Both the position numbers and the translations under genes were made by a program. The notes under the pieces were generated by a model. It was not told where the DNA came from and did no database searches. It saw only the letters and a program-made list of their open reading frames with translations. Source: Xanthomonas campestris pv. campestris str. ATCC 33913 (lineage in GTDB: Bacteria; Pseudomonadota; Gammaproteobacteria; Xanthomonadales; Xanthomonadaceae). From it: a DNA stretch of 32,000 bases. This document shows, one piece after another, positions 7,879 through 13,321 of this stretch (its first letter is position 1; every line of letters begins with the position of its first letter). The stretch covers positions 3,986,497 to 4,018,496 of the forward strand of contig NC_003902.1 in assembly GCF_000007145.1 (NCBI RefSeq), read 5' to 3'.

Positions 7879-9207
7879 ATGCTGACCGCGCTCGGTTTCG
7901 GAATGGTGATCACCTTCATGTACCTGATCATGAGCAAGCGGCTGTCGCCGCTGGTGGCTCTGATCACGGTGCCGATCGTGTTCGCATTACTCGGCGGCTT
8001 CGGCACCGGCATCAACGAGATGATGCTCGACGGCATCAAGAAGATCGCGCCCACCGGCGTGATGCTGATGTTCGCCATCCTCTATTTCGGGGTGATGATC
8101 GACGCCGGTCTGTTCGACCCGCTGGTCGGCCGCATCCTGCGCCTGGTCAAGGGCGACCCGCTGAAGATCGTCATGGGCACGGCGATCCTGGCGATGCTGA
8201 TCTCGCTCGATGGCGACGGCTCCACCACCTACATGATCACCGTCTCGGCGATGCTGCCGCTGTACCAGCGGCTGGGCATGAACGCGCTCAACCTCACCTG
8301 CGTGACCATCCTGGCCAGCGGCGTGATGAATCTCACCCCGTGGGGCGGCCCCACCGCGCGTGCCGCCACCGCATTGCATGTGGATCCGGCCGATGTGTTC
8401 GTGCCGCTGGTACCGGCCATGGCGATGGCGATCGCCGGCATCATCGCGCTGGCCTGGCTGCTCGGCATGCGCGAGCGTCGCCGCCTGGGCGTGGTGCGCC
8501 TGCCGGCCGATGGCAACTGGCTGGAAACCAGCCTGCCCGACGACAACGACGCCCTGCCGCGCGTGGAAGACACCGAAGACATGAAGCGGCCCAAGCTGCT
8601 GTGGGTGAACCTGGTGCTCACCCTGGCGCTGATGGCCGCGCTGGTGGTGGGCATCCTGCCGATGCCGGTGTTGTTCATGATCGGCTTCGCGCTGGCGCTG
8701 ATGATCAACTACCCCAACCTGGCCGAGCAGCGCCGCCGCCTGGTCAACCACGCCGGCAATGTGTTGTCGGTAGTGTCGCTGATCTTCGCTGCCGGCATCT
8801 TCACCGGCATCCTGTCCAACACCGGCATGGTCGAAGCGATGTCGCGCAGCTTCCTGGCGGTCATTCCCGACAGCTGGGGTCCGTACCTGGCGGTGATCAC
8901 CGCCATCGTCAGCATGCCGTTTACGTTCTTCATGTCCAACGACGCGTTCTACTTCGGCGTGCTGCCAATCCTGTCCGAAGCCGCCGGCCATTACGGCATC
9001 ACGCCCGTGGAAATGGCGCGCGCCTCGCTGGCCGGCCAGCCCGTGCATCTACTCAGCCCCCTGGTGCCCTCGACCTATCTGCTGGTCGGCCTGGCCAAGG
9101 TCGATTTCGCCGACCACCAGCGCTTCACCCTGAAATGGGCGGTGCTGATTTCGATGCTGATGCTGGCGGGCGGGCTGCTGTTTGGCTTGTTTCCGTTGGC
9201 GCGCTGA
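7879..9207 (+). CDS. CitMHS-family citrate(-metal):H+ symporter
   Basis: 442 aa, highly hydrophobic. N-terminus MLTALGFGMVITFMYLIMSKRLSPLVALITVPIVFALLGGFG...GVMLMFAILYFGVMIDAGLFDPLV is characteristic of CitM/CitH carriers. AAGGA sits 10 nt upstream of the ATG. Confidence 0.9.
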   Translation: MLTALGFGMVITFMYLIMSKRLSPLVALITVPIVFALLGGFGTGINEMMLDGIKKIAPTGVMLMFAILYFGVMIDAGLFDPLVGRILRLVKGDPLKIVMGTAILAMLISLDGDGSTTYMITVSAMLPLYQRLGMNALNLTCVTILASGVMNLTPWGGPTARAATALHVDPADVFVPLVPAMAMAIAGIIALAWLLGMRERRRLGVVRLPADGNWLETSLPDDNDALPRVEDTEDMKRPKLLWVNLVLTLALMAALVVGILPMPVLFMIGFALALMINYPNLAEQRRRLVNHAGNVLSVVSLIFAAGIFTGILSNTGMVEAMSRSFLAVIPDSWGPYLAVITAIVSMPFTFFMSNDAFYFGVLPILSEAAGHYGITPVEMARASLAGQPVHLLSPLVPSTYLLVGLAKVDFADHQRFTLKWAVLISMLMLAGGLLFGLFPLAR

Positions 9208-9216
9208 TCGCGCGCC

Positions 9217-9348
9217 GGGAATGGGGAATCGGGAATGGGGAATCGCAAAAGCGGCGCTGCGCTGCCGTTTCGATTCCTGACTTCCACATAAAAAATAGAA
9301 ACCGCGGCCCCTGCTCCACCGATTCCCCACTCCCGATTCCCCATTCCC
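9217..9348. repeat. GGGAATC-family inverted-repeat (REP/MITE-like) hairpin element 2
   Basis: Left arm GGGAATGGGGAATCGGGAATGGGGAATCG (9217-9245). Right arm CGATTCCCCACTCCCGATTCCCCATTCCC (9320-9348) is its reverse complement with 28/29 matches. The 74-nt spacer contains an AT-rich patch (CACATAAAAAATAGAAA). The element fills almost the whole citrate carrier-to-phbB gap. Confidence 0.85.
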
Positions 9349-9369
9349 AACTCCGAAGGAGTTCAAGCA

Positions 9370-10110
9370 ATGACGCTTCGCATCGCATACGTCACCAGTG
9401 GCATGGGCAGTGTGGGTACTGCGATCTGCCAGAAACTGGCGCGCACCGGGCACACGGTGGTGGCCGGGTGTGGTCCTAATTCGCCGCGCAAATCGGCGTG
9501 GCTGCGTGAGCAACGCGAGCTCGGGTTCGACTTCGTTGCCTCCGAAGGCAACGCCGCCGATTGGGATTCCACCATGGCTGCGTTTGCCAAGGTCAAGGCG
9601 GAGGTCGGCGAGATCGATGTGCTGGTCAACAACGCCGGTGGCAGCCGCGACACGCTGTTCCGCCAGATGAGCCGCGACGACTGGAATGCGGTGATTGCCA
9701 GCAACCTGCATTCGCTGTTCAACATCACCAAGCAGGTGGTGGACGGCATGACCTCGCGCGGCTGGGGGCGCATCGTCAACATTGGGTCGGTCAGCGCGCA
9801 CAAGGGCCAGATCGGGCAGATCAACTTCGCCACCGCCAAGGCGGCCATGCATGGGTTCAGCCGTGCGCTGGCGCAGGAAGTGGCCTCGCGCGGTGTCACC
9901 GTCAACACCATTTCGCCCGGCTATATCGCCAGCGCTTCCATCAGCAATTTCCCACCGGATGTGCTGGACCGCCTGGCCACCTCGGTGCCGGTGCGCCGGC
10001 TCGGCAAGCCGGCCGAAGTGGCCGGCCTGTGCGCATGGCTGGCCTCCGACGACGCCGCGTATGTGACCGGCGCGGACTATGCGGTCAACGGCGGTTTGTA
10101 CATGGGCTAG
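9370..10110 (+). CDS. phbB: Acetoacetyl-CoA reductase (PhaB)-like short-chain dehydrogenase with substituted catalytic Tyr and cofactor glycines
   Basis: 246 aa, colinear with PhaB-type SDRs (RIAYVT, CGPNSPR, NNAG, GWGRIVNIGS, TVNTISPGYI, ...NGGLYMG). AAGGAG lies at 9356-9361. However TGxxxGxG reads TSGMGSVG and YxxxK reads FATAK (TTC at 9826-9828). Confidence 0.85.
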   Translation: MTLRIAYVTSGMGSVGTAICQKLARTGHTVVAGCGPNSPRKSAWLREQRELGFDFVASEGNAADWDSTMAAFAKVKAEVGEIDVLVNNAGGSRDTLFRQMSRDDWNAVIASNLHSLFNITKQVVDGMTSRGWGRIVNIGSVSAHKGQIGQINFATAKAAMHGFSRALAQEVASRGVTVNTISPGYIASASISNFPPDVLDRLATSVPVRRLGKPAEVAGLCAWLASDDAAYVTGADYAVNGGLYMG

Positions 10111-10124
10111 TGCGCCATGCACGT

Positions 10125-10170
10125 GCTGCGCTGCTGCGTGGAGGCTGGCATCCATCACGCGCAGCGCAGC
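10125..10170 (+). terminator. Strong 15-bp GC-rich hairpin downstream of phbB (possible terminator, no U-tract)
   Basis: GCTGCGCTGC(T)GCGTG (10125-10140) pairs with CACGCGCAGCGCAGC (10156-10170): 15 bp with one bulged T and a 15-nt loop. It begins 15 nt after the TAG stop at 10108-10110. Confidence 0.35.
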
Positions 10171-10477
10171 GATGCACCTGGCGACGCAGCAGTGCGTATA
10201 GCCGCCCGTGCTGCGGCCGCCTCCCGCGCATGCAGCAACGTTTGGCACCCCTTCCCCTTGCACGCCACAGCCCAACGCGCTCCGTTTCATGCCCTGCATC
10301 ACTCCCCACAGGCACCGCGCCAACCCGCCGCAATGCCTGAGCAAGCCGCTGTTTGCCGACCGTTGTGCGCCCGCGTGGCACCGGCAAATGCCCTGCAAGC
10401 GACCGCCACCGCAAGGCCTGCCCGACACGTGGCGTGCACGAACTGATTACACTCTGGCTTTTCCGCAGTGCGGTGCC

Positions 10478-11509
10478 ATGGCCAAACATCCCGAACGCGC
10501 CACTCCTGCTGCACGCCCGCAGATGGCCGACATCGCGCGCATGGCGGGCGTGTCCGAGTCCACCGTGTCGCGTGCGCTGGCCGGCAGCCCGGTGGTAGCC
10601 GAGCGCACCCGTGCCTACATCAAGCAGATCGCCGCCGATGCGGGGTATCAGGTCGATCCGGTGGCACGCAGCCTGCGCGCCAAGCGCTCCAACACGGTGA
10701 GCGTGGCGGTGCCGATGATGCATGCGCTGGACCAGCCGCTGTCGGACCCGTTCCTGATGACCATGCTCGCGCTGCTGGCCGAAGAACTCACCGGCCGTGG
10801 TTACAGCATGCTGTTGTCCAAGCTCAATCGGCATCAGGACGGCTGGGTGGAACAACTCGCACGCGGTAGCCGCTCCGATGGCGTGATCGTGCTCGGGCAA
10901 AGCTCCGAACATGCCGCGCTGGATGCGGCCGCACGCGATGGCCTGCCGATGGCGGTGTGGGGCAGCCGGATCGACGGGCAGTCCTACATCAGCGTGGGCA
11001 GCGACAATTTCCAGGGCGGCGCACTGGCCACCGAGCACCTGATCGCCAGCGGCCGCCGGCGCATCGCCTTCCTGGGCGATGACCAGCTTCCCGAAGTGGC
11101 GCCGCGCTTTGCCGGCTACCGGCAGGCGCTGGAGCAGCATGGCCTGGAGTTCGACACGCGCCTGCACGCGCGCAGCCACTTCCTCAGCGAGGACGCCTAC
11201 CGGCTGACCCGCGCCATGCTCAAGAAGACCGACGCACCCGATGGCCTGTTTGCCGCTTCCGACGTGATTGCGGTCGGCGCGATCCGCGCCCTGGTCGAAG
11301 CCGGCCACCGCGTGCCGCAGGACATTTCGCTGGTGGGCTTCGACGATATTCCGCTGGCCGCCTACAGCCAGCCGCCGCTGACCACCGTGCAGCAGGACCT
11401 GGGCCTGGCCGCGCGCCTGCTGGTGGACCGGCTGCTGGCATTGATCGCCGGCGAAGCAGTGGACTCGGTGGAGATGCCGGTGAAGCTGGTGGTGCGCGAG
11501 TCGGCTTGA
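10478..11509 (+). CDS. suxR: LacI-family transcriptional repressor of the sucrose utilisation locus
   Basis: ORF 10208..11509 trimmed to ATG 10478 (MAKHPERATPAARPQMADIARMAGVSESTVSRALAG...). ATG 10523 (MADIARMAGVS) is an equally plausible start. LacI HTH followed by a periplasmic-binding-protein-like sugar-binding core (ISLVGFDDIPLAAY). Its context next to suxC/suxA/suxB-type genes matches the described Xanthomonas sux locus. Confidence 0.85.
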   Translation: MAKHPERATPAARPQMADIARMAGVSESTVSRALAGSPVVAERTRAYIKQIAADAGYQVDPVARSLRAKRSNTVSVAVPMMHALDQPLSDPFLMTMLALLAEELTGRGYSMLLSKLNRHQDGWVEQLARGSRSDGVIVLGQSSEHAALDAAARDGLPMAVWGSRIDGQSYISVGSDNFQGGALATEHLIASGRRRIAFLGDDQLPEVAPRFAGYRQALEQHGLEFDTRLHARSHFLSEDAYRLTRAMLKKTDAPDGLFAASDVIAVGAIRALVEAGHRVPQDISLVGFDDIPLAAYSQPPLTTVQQDLGLAARLLVDRLLALIAGEAVDSVEMPVKLVVRESA

Positions 11510-11645
11510 TTCGGGATTCGGGATTCGGGATTCGGGATTCGGGATTCGGGATTCGGGATTCGGGATCGGGAATCGGGAATCGGGAATCGGGAATCGGGAA
11601 TCGGGAATCGGGAATCGGGAATCGGGAATCGGGAATCGGGAATCG
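11508..11645. repeat. Perfect heptanucleotide microsatellite: (GATTCGG)x8 - GATCGG - (GAATCGG)x10 - GAATCG
   Basis: Counted base by base. There are 8 perfect GATTCGG units (11508-11563), one 6-nt unit (11564-11569), 10 perfect GAATCGG units (11570-11639) and a partial unit (11640-11645). The first unit overlaps the suxR stop codon TGA (11507-11509). Confidence 0.95.
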
Positions 11646-11736
11646 TAAGAGCGTGCGTCCTGGACGGATTGCGCGCAATCACTTGATGCTGCAATCCGCT
11701 TTTTAGCGGCAAAACGTTGCGACACCTTGCTGGCAA

Positions 11737-13071
11737 CTAGGCCGCCACGGCCTTGGGTTTGCGGATGCGTACGCACAACATCGCCACCGCTGCAGCCAAC
11801 ATCAGTGCGCCGGCCAGGCGGATCACGTTGCGCGGGTCGCCGTGCAACAGCGGTTCGTAATACAGCGGCAGGGTCACGATCTGGATCAGCATCGGCAGCA
11901 CGATGAACAGGTTGAACAGGCCCATGTACACGCCGGTGCGCTCGGGCGGAATGCTGTCGGCCAGCATCAGGTAGGGGTTGCCCATCATGCTGGCCCAGGC
12001 CAGGCCAATACCGATCATAGGCAGCAGCAACAACCAACGGTTCTCGATGCCCGGCAATACCCACATGCCCACGCCAGCCGCCAGCAGGCAGGCCGCGTGC
12101 GTGTACTTGGGGCCAACGCGCCGCACCACCGGCACCATCGCAAAGGCCGCCAGAAACGCGATGAAATTGTAGAAACCGCCGATCTGCCCGTTGACCAGCC
12201 CGGCCTCGCGGAAGCCGTGCGAGTTCGCCTCGGTGGTGCCGAACAAGGTGGTCGACAGCGAAAGCACGATGTACTGCCAGTAGCTGAAGATCGCATACCA
12301 CTGAAACAGCATCACCGGCGCCAGCTGGCGCATGGTCGGCGGCATGTCGCGCAGGGCGCTGCCGATTTCGCGCAGCGTGGCGCCCAGCCCGGTGCCGGCC
12401 TTGCGCATGCGCGCGATCTCCGCCGCGGGCACCACCGGCTCGCGCACGCTGCGCGCGGTGAGCAGGATCGAGGCGGCCGAAAAGCCGGCGCCGATCACGA
12501 ACGCGGCAATGGTCACGTACGGGATGTGGTGCGCATTGGCCGCGTCCTGGCTCATGCCGAACCACACCAGCAAGGGCGGGGTGAGATAGGCCAGCGTCTG
12601 CGCCAGCCCGGTAAAGGCGCTCTGTGTGAGATACCCCAACGGCCGCTGCGGTGGCGCCAGCACGTCGCTGACCAGAGCGCGGTACGGCTCCATCGCGACG
12701 TTGTTTGCGGCGTCCAGCACCCACAGCAGGCAGACCGCCATCCACAATGCGGTACTGAAGGGCATCGCCAGCAGGCACAGGCTGCACACCAGCGCGCCGA
12801 GCACCATGTAGGGCATGCGCCGACCCCAGCGCGTCACCGAGCGATCGCTCAAGGCGCCGACGAACGGCTGCAGCACCAGGCCGGTGATCGGCCCGGCCAG
12901 CCACAGGTACGGCAGGCTGGCGTGGTCGGCACCCAGGTAGTTGTAGATCGGGCTCATGTTGCTCTGTTGCAGCCCGAAGCTGTATTGCACACCGAAGAAC
13001 CCGGCATTGAGGGCCAGGATGCGTGCGAAGGAAAGCGGAGGAGCGGTCGACGACATACAGGGTCCAGGCAT
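11737..13071 (-). CDS. suxC: MFS/GPH-type sugar (sucrose):H+ symporter, inner-membrane transporter of the sux locus
   Basis: 444 aa polytopic protein with the RWGRRMPYM motif after TM2, typical of sucrose/H+ symporter-like carriers. SD GGGAG lies 8 nt upstream of ATG 13071; alternative ATG at 13056. Divergent from suxA. Confidence 0.85.
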   Translation of the reverse strand: MPGPCMSSTAPPLSFARILALNAGFFGVQYSFGLQQSNMSPIYNYLGADHASLPYLWLAGPITGLVLQPFVGALSDRSVTRWGRRMPYMVLGALVCSLCLLAMPFSTALWMAVCLLWVLDAANNVAMEPYRALVSDVLAPPQRPLGYLTQSAFTGLAQTLAYLTPPLLVWFGMSQDAANAHHIPYVTIAAFVIGAGFSAASILLTARSVREPVVPAAEIARMRKAGTGLGATLREIGSALRDMPPTMRQLAPVMLFQWYAIFSYWQYIVLSLSTTLFGTTEANSHGFREAGLVNGQIGGFYNFIAFLAAFAMVPVVRRVGPKYTHAACLLAAGVGMWVLPGIENRWLLLLPMIGIGLAWASMMGNPYLMLADSIPPERTGVYMGLFNLFIVLPMLIQIVTLPLYYEPLLHGDPRNVIRLAGALMLAAAVAMLCVRIRKPKAVAA

Positions 13072-13116
13072 CGGTGCGGCTCCCAGTGGCCGCAGCGCAC
13101 TCTACCCTGGTCGCTT

Positions 13117-13130
13117 TGCAATCGATTGTA
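13117..13130. promoter_or_regulatory. LacI-type palindromic operator, suxC-proximal (candidate SuxR site 1)
   Basis: TGCAATCGATTGTA is 13/14 palindromic with a central CG, as in LacI/GalR-family operators. It lies 46 nt upstream of the suxC start codon. Confidence 0.55.
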
Positions 13131-13204
13131 ACGCTGCGCCGCAGCACGGACGCTCGCCCGCTTGTCCATCTTTGGTTATCGCAAAAAATGCTGCAACGCA
13201 GGAT

Positions 13205-13218
13205 TGCAATCGATTGCA
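13205..13218. promoter_or_regulatory. LacI-type palindromic operator, suxA-proximal (candidate SuxR site 2)
   Basis: TGCAATCGATTGCA is a perfect 14-bp palindrome with a central CG. It lies 104 nt upstream of the suxA ATG and 88 bp centre-to-centre from site 1. Confidence 0.6.
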
Positions 13219-13321
13219 TTAGGGCGTATCACTCCGCTCGCACTGCAGGCCACCCGGCCATCCCTGGGAGGGGACGACGCAGGGCGTCGACACACCACCA
13301 CCCGTGAGAGAGAGAATCGCG

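Noticed and set aside
7655-7885. 76-aa ORF starting with GTG directly after the porin stop codon
   Set aside because: It has no SD and no signal or domain features, and it runs into the citrate carrier start region. It is most likely non-coding intergenic sequence.
10243-10262. Sigma-54-like TGGCAC ... TTGCA upstream of suxR (and a second TGGCAC at 10376-10391)
   Set aside because: GG-to-GC spacing is 14 nt at the first site and 11 nt at the second, against the required 10. There is no enhancer-binding protein context.
9049-10428. 459-aa minus-strand ORF antisense to phbB and hairpin element 2
   Set aside because: It is antisense to a well-supported SDR frame, crosses a repeat element and shows no recognisable domain.
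11508-11645. Possibility that the regular repeats are a CRISPR array
   Set aside because: The units are 7 nt and directly abutting, with no spacers, and no cas genes are present. It is a microsatellite.
11220-11736. Three ORFs (11220..11678 -, 11362..11736 -, 11506..11706 +) encoding repetitive peptides such as PIPDSRF and GIGNRES
   Set aside because: They are simply translations of the heptanucleotide microsatellite in different frames. A 7-nt unit cycles through all three frames, and there is no start context or flanking coding signal.
10085-13219. 1044-aa ORF on the minus strand, the longest in the track
   Set aside because: It runs antisense through suxR, straight through the heptamer array (translated as RFPIPDSRFPIPDS / ESRIPNPES) and out of frame over suxC. 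It has no domain signature and an Arg/Ala/Gly/Pro-rich composition typical of off-frame translation of high-GC DNA. The in-frame suxR and suxC readings have clear family motifs.
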